NCBI RefSeq assembly: GCF_006345805.1
Contig: NW_021834018.1
Location: 1-64,000, forward strand
From: Octopus sinensis
Taxonomy: Eukaryota
Length of the DNA stretch: 64,000 nt
Direction of reading: 5' to 3'
In this document: piece after piece, positions 1 through 13,415 of the stretch
How the letters are laid out: each line of letters begins with the position of its first letter
Numbering within the stretch: the first letter of the stretch is position 1
Translations under genes and position numbers: made by a program
The notes under the pieces: generated by a model
Seen by the model: the letters and a program-made list of their open reading frames with translations, nothing else
Database searches by the model: none
What the model was told of the DNA's origin: nothing

Positions 1-9
1 AAGTAATAG

Positions 10-375
10 AACACAGACATTGAAATGGATAGGATTTTTCTAAGGATGTGGGCAGTACTTGTAAGCAAAATCGTTTGGATTTCTCTGAGCCATGGTTCTC
101 CTGGGATCTTATCTGGAGATTTCTGGCATCCCTTTTTTATCATAGCTAGGGCTCCTACAATAACAGGAAGAGTTTTCGTTTTAAGATGCCACATTTTTTT
201 GTATTTCAGTTTCCTCTTTGATTATTATATCCTACATTGTGAATATATTTGGATTTTGTTTATCTTGACTTTTATCCAATTAGTCTTTAATGCTTGATCA
301 TGTACTGCTGCTAACAAGCTCTTTGTCTTCATTTTCGGCTTTCATTTCTGCAGCCATAACCATGTCTCACTACAA
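10..375 (-). mobile_element. Internally deleted R4/Dong-type non-LTR retrotransposon fragment (pre-zinc-knuckle region joined to C-terminal RLE end)
   Basis: Minus-strand translation gives WLWLQK..KSLLAAVHDQALKTNWIKS, then KMWHLKTKTLPVIVGALAMIKKGCQKSPDKIPGEPWLREIQTILLTSTAHILRKILS, the typical C-terminus of RLE-encoding LINEs. Confidence 0.8.
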
Positions 376-399
376 CTATTTGATGATGATGATGATAAA

Positions 400-468
<69 letters not shown>

Positions 469-529
469 GTAATAATAATAATAATGATAATAATCTGGAA
501 ATACATGGTACAATCATCGAGTTGAGAGA

Positions 530-910
530 TTATTGGAGTCAGAGAAATATAAAATTTTGTGGGACTTACCCCTTCAAACAGACAAGAAATTAGAAAACAA
601 ATAAACCAGATATTACGATCATAGATAAGGAAAGGCTAAGATGTTTACTTATCGACCCATTATGCCCGTTTGATTCTAGGATCGTAAAAAAAGAGGAAGA
701 AAAACAAAGAAAATCCAATCCCCTAAAATTTGAAATAGGATTAATTTGGAGTATGCGAACAGTAAAGGTCGTGCCTATAATAATTACCACACGGAGATCA
801 TTAAACCAAGCTATAGACAAATGGCTGAAGGAGATTGAAATACAATGCCCCGTAGAGGTCCTACAGAAATTTTGACAGCAAGGATTATAAAGGGGGTTCT
901 AAGCAGTTAA
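530..910 (+). mobile_element. R4/Dong-type LINE restriction-like endonuclease (RLE) fragment, frameshifted
   Basis: ESEKYKILWDLPLQTDKK / KPDITIIDKERLRCLLIDPLCPFDSRIVKKEEEK..PLKFEIGLIWSMRTVKVVPIII...TARIIKGVLSS*; PD-(D/E)xK-type motif; preceded by (AAT)n. Confidence 0.85.
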
Positions 911-1052
911 ATGACTGCTTAAAACGTGTGGATACCTAAGGTTACAGGTAGTAACCACTACCCAGATGATCCCTACCAGGAATAAAACCAAACCTGAGCT
1001 TTATTTCAATAAACAGAAAGGAAATAATAATAATGATGAGGATGATGATGAA

Positions 1053-1115
<63 letters not shown>

Positions 1116-1361
1116 TCCTATCATGTAGGTGCATTAGGCATGATAAAAAAATATTCAACAAATACATAACAAAAACACCAGGACTTACAAACACCAATAA
1201 CATACAGAAAATTGCACTACTAGGCACTGCACACATCGTAAGCAGACACTTTCCATACAATAACCATCAGGACATCACAGCAAATCACAGCACATACCCA
1301 AGGCACACAGAGCTGTGCTCGGTAGTGAAGTGAAAGCACGCTATAAAAATAAAACTACTGA

Positions 1362-1405
<44 letters not shown>
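1116..1405 (+). mobile_element. 5'-truncated R4/Dong-type LINE 3' end with (AAT)n tail
   Basis: VGALGMIKKYS..YITKTPGLTNTNNIQKIALLGTAHIV, then a 3' UTR and (AAT)n; (AAT)n on both sides. Confidence 0.8.
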
Positions 1406-1409
<4 letters not shown>

Positions 1410-1715
1410 GGGGCTGATTGCTACCTAAATCAGATATCAGGAAACCCCAAAATGGCAGAAATTCAAAAGATAGTGCTCATGGGAACTGCTCATGTCCTAT
1501 GCAAAATACTTTCTATGTAATCTCAAGTTTTAAAGCAAACATAATTTTCGTATGGTTCTTTTTAGACATTCACTAGTACAACACTAAGTACAAAACCAAA
1601 TATATGGCACCCTAGGCATAACACCAGCATGAACTTCCAGCTTCTTGTCTCTTGAGTTCTCTGGGTGAGACTTGGAGCCAACTAGTACAAATGTAAAGCA
1701 AAAGTCAAACATATA
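1406..1715 (+). mobile_element. 5'-truncated R4/Dong-type LINE 3' end, different subfamily, with (AAT)n tail
   Basis: KGADCYLNQISGNPKMAEIQKIVLMGTAHVLCKILSM*, a different 3' UTR, then a long (AAT)n. Confidence 0.8.
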
Positions 1716-1760
<45 letters not shown>

Positions 1761-1782
1761 TAATATATAATAATAAAATAAA

Positions 1783-1817
<35 letters not shown>

Positions 1818-1878
1818 TGATAATGATGATAATAATAATAATAATAATAGTGATAATAATGATAATAATAATAATAAT

Positions 1879-1923
<45 letters not shown>

Positions 1924-1953
1924 TATTATTATTATTATTATAATATAATAATA

Positions 1954-2019
<66 letters not shown>

Positions 2020-2090
2020 GAAGAAGAAGAATAAGAATAATAATAATAATAAGAAGAAGAAGAATAATAAGAATAATAATAATAATAATG
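1715..2090. repeat. (AAT)n/(AAG)n microsatellite tract
   Basis: Direct reading; includes a short (ATT)n strand flip near 1922-1942. Confidence 0.95.
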
Positions 2091-2499
2091 TCACTCTCCG
2101 CCTCAATTTCCTTCTGTCTTTTTTTTTCTTCTAGGCCAATAAAGTTCCTATTACTGGAAGTTCTTCAAACTGACACACCTTTGTCCCTACCAATTTTTTG
2201 CAATGTTTCTATTTTCACCTGTCGCTTCCTATCTTTCTTTTTTCCTAATGTAATCCAAATCAAACAATTCGTTATTTATAAATATGCTCTACTGTCACTA
2301 TTCCACCAATGGTGAGCTTTCGTCAACCTTGAAGCATTTTAGAATGCCAAAACATCAAATATTGTTCGTCTCTAACAATAGCAGGATGTCAACACAGCTG
2401 CTGTTCAATTCTTGAACTACTCACAACGTAAAATGTCACATTCGTAAAATTTTCTTTCTATATTTTTGCATTGAAGGCGTGTTACTTAAGAATTTTCAA

Positions 2500-2673
2500 G
2501 CAGGAGTGGCTGTGTGGTAAGTAGCTTTTTTAGCAACCACATGGTTCTAGGTTCAGTCCCACTGCGTGGGACCTTGGGCAAGTGCTTTCTACTATAGCCT
2601 CGGGCCAACCAAAGCCTTGTGAGGATTTGGTAGACGGAAACTGAAAGAAAGAAAGAAACCCTTCGTATATATG

Positions 2674-2723
<50 letters not shown>

Positions 2724-2747
2724 TATATATATATAATATATATATAG

Positions 2748-2817
<70 letters not shown>

Positions 2818-2937
2818 AGACCGATAGAATAAGTACTTGCTTACAAAAGATAAGTCCCGGGGTCGAGTTGCTCGATTAAAGGCGGTGCTCCAGCATGGCG
2901 CAGTCAAATGACTGAAATAAGAAGTAAAAGAGTAAGA
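2500..2937 (+). mobile_element. tRNA-derived SINE family A
   Basis: Head gcaggagtggctgtgtggtaagtagc...ggttcagtcccactgcg, internal (TA)n, tail ...gcatggccgcagtcaaatgactgaaacaagtaaaagag; many copies in window. Confidence 0.85.
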
Positions 2938-3280
2938 GAGAGAGAGAGATACAATTTATATTCGTAGAGATAACATTTTAGTGTTTAGATCGAAATTAAC
3001 TTTAGACCAAAGAAATTCGTTCATGATGTTCCCTCGGCGCAATCTTTGATTTCGTTTGCAAAGGAATATAAAGAGATGGAATTGCTGCCTGGAAACCTTG
3101 AGATATCCATGTAGTAGCTGGACCTGCTTGAAAGAAGTATGAAACAATTCAGCTTTATCCAGGAAATGAGTGATATGCAAAGAACTGAATATCGTTTAGT
3201 GCCCAAAAATAAATGCAAGCCTGAAAATAACAGAATACGTGAAGTTTTTGAGGGAGGAAAATAAGTGTAAAATCTTTTTT

Positions 3281-3808
3281 CGCAGGAATGGTAAGTAGCT
3301 TGCTTACCAGTCACATGGTTCCGGCTCCAGTCCCACTGCATTACACGTTGGACCAGTGTCTTCTCCTATAGCCTCAGGCCGACCAAAGCCTTGTGAGTGG
3401 ATTTGGTAGACGGAAACTGAAAGAAGCACGTTATATATATATATATATTATATATATATATATATATATAATATATATATATATATCTATATAATATATA
3501 TAATAATATATATATATTTCTCTCCCTGTTTTTCTCCTTGTTTTTTCGTAAACTTTCCCTATATATATGTATATATATTTGTATGTGTGTTTGTGTGTCT
3601 GTGTTTGTCCCCCCAACATCGCTTGTCAACCGATGCTGGTGTGCTTACGTCCCCGCAACTTAGCGGTTCGGCAAAAGATACCGATAAATTAAGTACCGGG
3701 CTTACAAAGAATAAGACCTGGGGTCGATTTGCTCGCTACTAAAAGCGGTGCTACAGCATGGCCGCAGTCAAATGACTGAAACAAGTAAAAGAGTAAAGGA
3801 GTAAAAGA
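3281..3808 (+). mobile_element. SINE family A
   Basis: Near-full-length match to the other family A copies. Confidence 0.85.
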
Positions 3809-4170
3809 ATTTCTACACTGCGATCTCATAAAAGAAAAGCACTCTTACATTTTTTTTTCATATGAATGAATGACATGATCATGGCTCACGTGGTTTTAAT
3901 CATAAATCTGCTCCAACTTAACTGATTATGGGGAATTAAACTATAACGAGGTGGTAAGAATATTTGTTCAAAAATGCTGTATTTATCTCGCTCAAGTTTG
4001 AGAATGAAAGAAAAAAAAACCCCAAAATGAATCAGATAACTATGATGTTTCCATCAAGCCTATAATAAATGGAGAAATGGAATGAGTTATATCAATAACT
4101 CATAGAAAGGCAATAACAGCTACCGTATCAAAAAATGTATATCGACATCGAAGTGCGGAATTATTTTGAC

Positions 4171-4334
4171 GCGCAGGAGTGGCTGTGTGGTAAGTAGCTT
4201 GCTTACCAACCACATGGTTCCGGGTTCAGTCCCACTGCGTGGCATCTTGGGCAAGTGTCTTCTGCTATAGCCCCGGGCCGACCAATGCCTTGTGAGTGGA
4301 TTTGGTAGACGGAAACTGAAAGAAGCCTGTCGTA

Positions 4335-4369
<35 letters not shown>

Positions 4370-4580
4370 GTAGGTGGTTTGTGTATCTGTGTTTGTCCCC
4401 CTAGCATGCTTGACAACTGCTGCTGGTGGTGTGTTTAATAGCGTTCGGCAAAGAGACCGATAGAATAAGTACAGGGGCTTACAAAGAATAAGTCCCGGGG
4501 TCGATTTGCTCGATAAGGTGGTGCTCCTGCATGGCCGCAGTCAAATGACTGAAACAAGTAAAAGATAAAAGATAAAAGAT
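4171..4580 (+). mobile_element. SINE family A
   Basis: Near-full-length copy. Confidence 0.85.
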
Positions 4581-4827
4581 AACAGTGTACCTTGTTGTCG
4601 TTTAGTTCCCGAGATAAAACATTATAGAGCGGTCGTATAAAAAATAAAATAAAATAAAGCTTTTCTGCTACTACCATTTTATTCTCCTCCCGTATCTGGT
4701 ATGACATTATTTAATGTTTTTCGCCCATTTCAAAATATGAGATAATTCTTAGGAATTTTCATATATACAATAAGGTGTATACAAGGCTAGTATTCATTAT
4801 CTTCAAATGTCAATCTATTTTCCGTTT

Positions 4828-5170
4828 GTTTGTTTCAGTCATTTGACAGCAGCCATGCTGGGGCACTACCGTGAAGAATTTTTAGACGAATGCTTCGATC
4901 CCAGCATTTATTGTCTTTTAAAGCCTGGTAATTATTCTATCTTTCTTGCTGATCCGCTAAGTTGCAGGCTATCAAGCGGTGGTGGAGAACAAGCAAAATA
5001 CAGTAACAAAAAGGCACACAGACACGACTGGCCTACCTCTGTTTCCGTCTACCAAATCTACTCAATAAGCTATATTAGAAGACACTTGCCCACAGTACCC
5101 CACAGCGGAATCGAACCCGGAATCATGTGCTTGGGAAGCAAGCGTCTTACCGCAGATCAATGCCTGCGCC
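4828..5170 (-). mobile_element. SINE family A, degenerate
   Basis: Reverse-complement match with deletions. Confidence 0.7.
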
Positions 5171-5726
5171 AGAACAAACACAGCTCTCTAGGTATATGAC
5201 GTATCAACCTAATAAAATGCAAATTATTTCTCATGTGTGTCTGGTTACAAGCAGTACGCTGCATCTGTAGTCCACATTTGGGATTATTGTAACGACCCAA
5301 TCAGTCTAGATGTAACTCGGTACCCAAAGATGTTCCGGGTCACTGCAGCAGCAATCGACCTATTATTATTGTTTAGTTTCAGATCGTAAATTTAATTTGG
5401 ATAGTAGACTTGATCTGTCACGCAGTTTAACACAATCACTTGGTGTGTTCCGTTTTTTTCTTCTTCTTTTTGGTGGGTGGTGAATATCATTAGTTCACTC
5501 TGGAGCAAGCAATCGCATAAGGTCCTTAGTTGGGCGATATCTAACTTCTACCCACCTTTACAGCAGAACAGGGAACTCTGTGAAGCATCACGGGCACTAT
5601 ATATCCTGTTAATTAAACGATAAAATGAAAGCGACAGACGTGATATAACAGAGCATTGTGATCCGAACCATAAGAGCTTTGATTACCCCGTCTTCTTGTA
5701 TGTTTTTGTATATCTATATATCTAAT

Positions 5727-5935
5727 ACTCTTTTACTCATTTACTTGTTTCAGTCATTTGACTGCGGCCATGCTGGAGCACCGCCTTTAGTCGAGCAAAT
5801 CGACCCCGGGACTTATTCTTTGTAAGCCCAGTACTTATTCTATCGGTCTCTTTTGCCGAACCGCTATGTGACGGGGACGTAAACACACCAGCATTAGTTG
5901 TCAAGCAATACTAGGGGGACAAACACAGACACACA

Positions 5936-6003
<68 letters not shown>

Positions 6004-6170
6004 TATATGACAGGCTTCTGTCAGTTTCCGTCTACGAAATCCACTCACAAGGCATTGGTCGGCCCGGGGGCTATAGCAGAAGACACTTGCCCAAGGTGCC
6101 ACGCAGTGGGACTGAACCCGGAACCATGTGGTTGGTAAACAACCTACTTACCACACAGCCACTCCTGCGC
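5727..6170 (-). mobile_element. SINE family A, full length
   Basis: Reverse-complement full-length match with internal (CA)n(TA)n. Confidence 0.9.
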
Positions 6171-6585
6171 ATGGATACTGAAATTTTACAGAAATCAAGC
6201 AACGGTAATTATTATCCTTGTGGCTGTTGTCGCCATTCTCATGTCACCGAAAGTTAGTTTCCATCGAACACGTCAATAAAATATATTTCATAAAGCCACT
6301 GAGTGTATGCGATCCGCAGTCCTAGTGTTCTAGATATACTGTACATGCATGGATCCCTAGATACACCTTACTTGGACTGAAGACTACAAGAATAATTCTT
6401 TTATTCTTTTACTCTTTTACATGTGTTAATCATTTGACTACGGCCAAGTTGAAGCACCACAATGGGTCTTGAACCCGGAAACATGTCTTTGGAAAGCAAG
6501 GTTCATAACAAAGAGTCACGCCTGCGCCTAGCTGAGTCAACAGAGTAACTTAAGATCAGAGTTTCGTGCGTTTGCACTTAAATAT

Positions 6586-6636
<51 letters not shown>

Positions 6637-6714
6637 GTGCATATACATTATATATATGATTACATGGTATATAATATATATACATATATACATATATAAG
6701 CAAATATCACTTTC

Positions 6715-6965
6715 GAAAACACGCGGAGTTGAACTAGGGACAGCTGATGAAGGGGATTTTCCTTGTGTAGTTTGTCTTGTACTCTGTTTTTTTTTGTAAA
6801 AAAAATGGTTCGTTCATGCTTGTTTTTACGTTTTCGTTCTCGTTGAGTTCTGCGTCTATTTGTGGTGTCCTGTACTCACGGATATATATTTATATATGCA
6901 TGTAGATGTAGGTACGTACATATATGTATGTATGTATGCATAATTTTTTATTTATTACACTATTA
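6715..6965 (+). repeat. Interspersed repeat, second copy at about 12318-12575
   Basis: ggagttgaactagggacagctgatgaagggga..ttccttgtgtagtttgtcttgtactctg shared by both copies; family not identified. Confidence 0.75.
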
Positions 6966-6968
6966 TAT

Positions 6969-7033
<65 letters not shown>

Positions 7034-7129
7034 TATATACATATACATATATATATAATATACTATATACACACACATATACATATATATACACATATAT
7101 ATATAACACATATATATATATACATATTA

Positions 7130-7193
<64 letters not shown>

Positions 7194-7455
7194 AAGATTA
7201 CATATATAAAGGCACTAATGTCTCTCCTAGGCTATTGCACGTAAAGGCGGTGGGTTTCTAGGATTTTGGTGCGTGTATACCTCCATTCTTGACGGGAGGA
7301 TCAATAGTACAGTACAATAGGTATTTGTTTTGTGTTCCATATTCTTCCTTGCATTACCAGACATATGTATGTATGTAAATAAAATAAAAGCATGTAAATA
7401 TGCATACAGCTATGCATATATAGTACATGCAAGCATATATACATACATACATACA

Positions 7456-7489
<34 letters not shown>

Positions 7490-7512
7490 CATGATATGTA
7501 TATTTATATATA

Positions 7513-7919
7513 GGCGCAGGAGTGGCTGCGTGATAAGTAGCTTGCTTACCAACCACATGATTCCGGGTTCAGTCTCACTGCGTAGCACGTTGGACAAGTG
7601 TATTCTGTTATAGCCTCGGGCCGACCAAAGACTTCTGAGAGGATTTAGTTGACGGAAACTGAAAGAAGACTGTCGTATATATGTATATGTATATATATAG
7701 TGTGTGTACTTGTGTGTCTGTGTTTATTTCCCCCAACATCGCTTGGCAACCGATGCTGGTGTGTTTACGTCCCCGTAACCTAGCGGTTCGGCAAAAGAGA
7801 CGGATAAAATAAGTACTAGGCTTACAAAGAATAAGTCCTGGGGTAGATTTGGTCGACTAAAGGCGGTGCTCTAGCTTGGCCGCAGTCAAATGACTGAAAC
7901 AAGTAAAAGAGTAAAAGAG
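7513..7919 (+). mobile_element. SINE family A
   Basis: Full-length match. Confidence 0.85.
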
Positions 7920-7928
7920 TATATGTAT

Positions 7929-7978
<50 letters not shown>

Positions 7979-8230
7979 GTATACATATACAGAGATCGGG
8001 AGAGAGAGAGGTAGACAGAGACAGACAGCCAGAGATAGAGATGTATATACATACATATACTTGTATATACGCATGCTATGTATATATACATTACACATAT
8101 ATGTAAATATATTCTTAACATCGTACATAAATAGATATATAATATGCAGACGAAATCTCATATATACGTACATGCATAAATGCACGAATGCATACATATA
8201 CACATATATGAATACATGCATATATATATA

Positions 8231-8508
8231 TCACGTGATCACGTGACCGACCAGACCATCAGATGTTGCTACACATCGCTGGTCACAATGCATTCACATT
8301 GTTTTAGCCTTCGAACGACGCTACCCCGCTGGCTAAGAGTGAGAGAAAGAGTGGTGAAAGAGTACAGCAGGGATCACCACCACCTGCCGGAGCCTCGTGG
8401 AGCTTTTAAGTGTTTTCGCTCAATAAACACACACAACGTCTGGGAATCGAAACCGCGATCCTACGACTGCGAGTCCACTGCCCTAACCACTGGGCCGTTG
8501 CGTTTCCA
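8231..8508 (-). mobile_element. tRNA-SINE family C head/body with tail T3
   Basis: Head and body match 14126-14510, but the 3' part is ...gcattgtgaccagcgatgtgtagcaacatctgatggtctggtcggtcacgtgatcacgtgat. Confidence 0.8.
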
Positions 8509-8623
8509 CACACACGCACACACACACACACACACATACGCACACACACATATATATATATATACATGCATACATATATTTACAACATACATACACACAC
8601 TATATATATATAATAAATATATA

Positions 8624-8681
<58 letters not shown>

Positions 8682-9169
8682 CATTGCATACATGCATATA
8701 CATGCATATATAATATGTATATATATTATTATATATATATATATCGAAGAATAATTAAATGTAACTCATTCCAATATTATTAACGGTCTGGTTCCTTAAA
8801 CCAGAAAGAATAACTAATATATTAGATATATGATAAACCTTATCAGTGTAAAATTACAGTCTAATTGAATGCATTATTGTTACATAAATATTTATTCGCC
8901 GAGATTCGCTAACGAAGGCACTACAGCCGAGAGGACAATATGGCGTACATTGGCAAAGTTGCCGTTTGAAATCTAATATGTCACTGTACAAAGTAAGTGT
9001 AGCCTTGCTTTATTGGAAATCATTTTGCTTTTAATTTTGTTGTTTTAGTATGTGTCACTCAAGGCGAACTTGATTTTCTATGTATGATACGATGAAACGG
9101 TTAAACACTGGAGTTTAGATAAGATTCATTTTCTCTTTACTTCGGCTATTGTTGCTGTTGTTTTGTTGT

Positions 9170-9213
9170 TGTCGATGTTATTATTATTATTGTTACTACT
9201 ACTACTATACTAT

Positions 9214-9286
<73 letters not shown>

Positions 9287-9293
9287 GCTGCTG

Positions 9294-9331
<38 letters not shown>

Positions 9332-9338
9332 GCTACTA

Positions 9339-9373
<35 letters not shown>

Positions 9374-9475
9374 ACTACTACTACTACTGCTGCTGCTACA
9401 ATTACTACTACTACTACTGCTGCTGCTGCTACAATTACTACTACTACTACTGCTGCTGCTGCTGTTGCTTGCTGC

Positions 9476-9508
<33 letters not shown>

Positions 9509-9561
9509 AGTTACTACTACTGCTTCTACCACCACCACTACTACTACTTCTACTACTGCTG

Positions 9562-9632
<71 letters not shown>

Positions 9633-9670
9633 GCTGCTGCTTCTGCTGCTACTACCACTACTACTACTGA
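9170..9670. repeat. Compound (CTA)n/(CTG)n trinucleotide repeat
   Basis: Direct reading; open in several frames only because the repeat lacks stops. Confidence 0.95.
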
Positions 9671-10096
9671 CATAATAATCCTTTCTTCTATAGAGCTGAA
9701 ATTTTGTGGGGAGGAGATAAGACGATTTTATCGATCCCAGTTCTTGATTGGAAGCTGTTTTATCGACCGCGAAAGGATGAAATGCAAAATCGACGTTGGC
9801 GGAATTTGAACTCAGATCGTAAAGACGGACAAAATGCCGCTAAGCACTTTACCCGGCGTGCCAACGATTCTACCAGCTCACGCCTTAACCACAATAATAA
9901 AGCAATCATTTCAGGGGAGGGTTAAGTCGATTACATCGACCCCTGTGTTCAACTGGTACATATTTTATCGACCCCGAAACGAAGAAAGGCGGAGTCGTTC
10001 TCGATGGAATTTGATCTCACAACGTAAAGACGGACGAATTGCCGCTAAGCATTTTACCTTACAGGCTAGCAATTCTACCAGTTTGCCGCCTAAGCC

Positions 10097-10141
<45 letters not shown>

Positions 10142-10161
10142 TAATAATAGTAATAATAATA

Positions 10162-10615
10162 ATAATAATAATGCTTGTCAGTTGTTTGACCTTAACCAGT
10201 TGAGCATGTCCCTTAGTGGCTGACGATATGTGCATCTCTGATCATGAGCAGAAGTATGGGGGAGGCATCATAGCCATGTGTTGAGAGGGATTCTTTGGGG
10301 TTTGAATAATTCACCTCTGGAAACATGGTGTGTTCTCTTTCAACATCCTTAAACAACCCTTATTCAGGGACCCTTTGAGCGGGATGGGCTACTCAACCTG
10401 AAGAAAATTCTAACTGGGCCCCACCTGCAAGGTCATGTGCTGTTTATCTTGATATGAGATCACCATGTCGCGCACATATTGTTGTGATGCATGTGCCTGG
10501 TGTACCCTTATCAGATGGGCAGTCATGATGGGTATATTGGGCTTCGTATATTTTACCCCAGTGTCTCTTTGATGGCATGCACTGTTCTCTCACTCAATAA
10601 TAATAATAATAATAA
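10162..10615 (+). mobile_element. (AAT)n-tailed retroelement 3' region inserted in (AAT)n
   Basis: (AAT)n on both sides; a second, inverted copy at about 36540-36950 or beyond. Confidence 0.75.
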
Positions 10616-10843
10616 GTGACATCTTTATGTCCTGCGTTCAAAATCACTAAGGTCGGCTTTGCCTTTCAAACTTTTGTTTGATAAAGAAATGCCAGTTGAC
10701 CAAAAGGAAATCGGTGATCTGGCAGCTCATGCCAGACAAAATTTCTGCAGCATTTCGCCCATCTTTACGTTCTTAGCTTGAATTCCTCTTACAAAGCAAT
10801 TCTCCTCTAATAAAAAAAACAAGAAGAAATCTTTTCTATGTAA

Positions 10844-11260
10844 GGCGCAGGAGTGGCTGTGTGGTAAGTAGCTTGCTTACTAACCACATGGTTCAGGGTT
10901 CAGTCCTACTGCGTGGCATCTCGGGCAAGTGTCTTCTACTACAGCCTCGGGCCGACCAAAGCCTTGTGAGTGGATTTGGTAGACGGAAACTGAAAGAAGC
11001 CCGTCATATATATGTATATGTATATGTATATATGTATGTGTTTGCGTGTGCATGTTTGTGTGTCTGTGTTCGCCCCCCTAGCATTGCTTGACGAACGATG
11101 CTGGTGTGTTTACGTCGCCGTCACTTAGCGGTTCGGCAAAAGAACCGATAGAATAAGTACTGGGCTTAGAAAGAATAAGTCCCGGAGTCGAGTTGCTCAA
11201 CTAAAGGCGGTGCTCCAGCATGGCCGCAGTCAATGGACTGAAACAAGTAAAAGAAGAAAA
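10844..11260 (+). mobile_element. SINE family A, full length
   Basis: Full-length match. Confidence 0.9.
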
Positions 11261-11362
11261 GAAAAAGAAGAGAAGAATGTTGCCACCAAGTGAGTGGCCA
11301 GTGAAAACAAACTTTAAAATATCAAAGTGGAAGAGCAAAAAATTTTTTAAAAAACGGTAGTC

Positions 11363-11405
11363 ACTACTGACGAGCCAACGATGTGATGGGTGAAACTAGT
11401 CTAGT
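11363..11405 (+). ncRNA. Minimal type I hammerhead ribozyme motif (PLE-type), probably partly decayed
   Basis: acta CTGACGA gcca-acgatgtga-tgggt GAAA C-TA-GTC tagt: intact core, palindromic ACTAGT helix III, 4-bp helix I, imperfect helix II. Confidence 0.6.
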
Positions 11406-11605
11406 CTAGAGATCCTAGAGACGCTCACGGAGTGGTTATCTTCCCTGTCAATGTATATATATATATATATATATTGCGCGCTTCTTGCAGTATTAAGAAT
11501 TTTAAACTATTATTTCTTGTTATGTAGATATAACAGCTCCGACTGTCATTAGTGACGGTGAAATGGTTCATTTATGGTATATCATTGGGACTTGCTGTTT
11601 ATACA

Positions 11606-11671
<66 letters not shown>

Positions 11672-12619
11672 CTAAGCAATAAAGGGTTTAGCAACGAATT
11701 GCCTTACCACAGATCGAATTTAGAAATAGCAGTCAAAGAGTTATAGCTATTTCTTCTACTAAAAAGGGAGATCTCAGTAAAAAACACAGCAATTGGAAGG
11801 CAGACACAAACAGGTAAGAGAGAATGAATTGACGGCAATCTATCATACAATTTTAAGTTATCTACGGACGCACGTTTCGAAATCAAGTTTTTAGGAAAGG
11901 AAAGCATAAGAATTAAATATTAAATAATTCTACCTTACCCAAACTTCTTTTCTCTTCAGCGTAGAATACTATAATCATAAATGATTATATATTGAATTTT
12001 GAGATACTAGAAGGCACCAACTCAACTCAGTATCAGAGAGCGAGCTAGAATCCGCAACTAGTATCACCAAATTCAAAGGGTGAATGAAAAGATTGTGTCA
12101 CCAGCCCCTTCCCACCCGCGTGTAGCCAAAACAAGATGCTGTGGTCATCTACTGAGATAAAATATTGGTTATCCGTAATAATGAAGGGTGAAATTAATTA
12201 ATTTGGAATAATTATCAATTACACCAAGTAGTCTTCGGCATGTAAAAGCCTCATTCGAGGAAAATTTAAGTAATACTAAGCAATAAAGGGTTTAGCAACG
12301 AATTGCTATATATATATAAACACGCTGGAGTTGAACTAGGGACAGCTGATGAAGGGGAATTTTCCTTGTGTAGTTTGTCTTGTACTCTGGTTTTTCGTTG
12401 TTAGAAAAGGTCCGTTTCCATGTTTGTTTTTACGTTTCTCGTTGAGTTCTACGTCTAGTTGTGGTGTCCTGTACTCACGTATATATATTTATATATGCAT
12501 GTATATATACATTTAGATGTAGCTACGTACATATATGTATGTATGTATGCATATATTTTATTTATTACACTATTGTATGACTGAGCGCCCTCGCGTCGAT
12601 TCGATACGTTTCGTTTCGT

Positions 12620-13120
12620 TTCATCTCCTCCAAGATCGACCCCAGGACTAAATCTTTGTAAGCCTAGTACTTATCGCAACGGTACTTTTGCCGAACCGCT
12701 AATTACGGGAACGTAAACACTCCAACACAGGTTGTCAACTGATGATGGTAGGGACAAGCACAGACACATAAATACATACATGCCTACATATATACATATG
12801 TGCATGCATACAAGGGTACACGATGTCATCAACGGTGCAAATAACATATACCCGAAAGACAGATACAAGACGTGAACAGTAATTACAGGATAAAAACGAG
12901 TGAAATACGTAAACAACGAGAAAGAAATGAAACAGAGGACAAGCTAAGACAGAAAAAGGACCCTTCATCCGTTGTCGGCTATCTACTCCTCTTAGTTTCC
13001 GTCTACCAAATCCACTCACAAAGCTTTGGTCGGCCCGTGGCTATAGTAGAAGACGTTTGCCCAAGGTTCCACGCAGTGGGACTGAACTCGGCCCTATGTA
13101 ATTGGGAAGTAAGCTTCTTA
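12620..13120 (-). mobile_element. SINE family A, degenerate or interrupted
   Basis: Reverse-complement matches to the head and tail of family A. Confidence 0.7.
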
Positions 13121-13169
13121 CAACGATATATACATACATATACACCGGATTAAATTTATATATCACATA

Positions 13170-13415
13170 TGCGTATATCATGTGATCACTACTCAACTAG
13201 ACTACCGGATTTTTTTATGCAACACTAGCCACAATGCCGACCATACGAGCAGAGCATTATTGCCCTGACTGGAAAGATTTACCCGTATACAGCCGAGTGG
13301 ATTGGAGCAATATGAAATGAAATGTTTTACTAAAAGAAGACATGTATCTCGGTCTCGGAATCGATCCTACACTCTAGCGACCGTGAGTGCAGTACACTCA
13401 CCACTAGTCCACGGT
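13170..13415 (-). mobile_element. CORE-like-body tRNA-SINE with tail T3, degenerate
   Basis: tRNA-like head, ttgctccaatccactcggctg body, ends ...gtgatcacatgatata like tail T3. Confidence 0.55.

Noticed and set aside
6744-6770. Hammerhead at CTGATGA in the 6715/12318 repeat family
   Set aside because: A hairpin follows, but there is no GAAA or NUH in the right place in either copy.
8903-8930. CTAACGA-ggc..gcc-GAGA hammerhead-like string and a nearby plus-strand GTAAGT donor at about 8993
   Set aside because: There are two core mismatches and no helix I/III. The putative exon has a weak acceptor and no partner exon.
9146-9675. Long ORFs (170-175 aa) in several frames; the same applies at 1705-2106, 52099-52731 and 59480-59859
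   Set aside because: They are products of trinucleotide microsatellites lacking stop codons.
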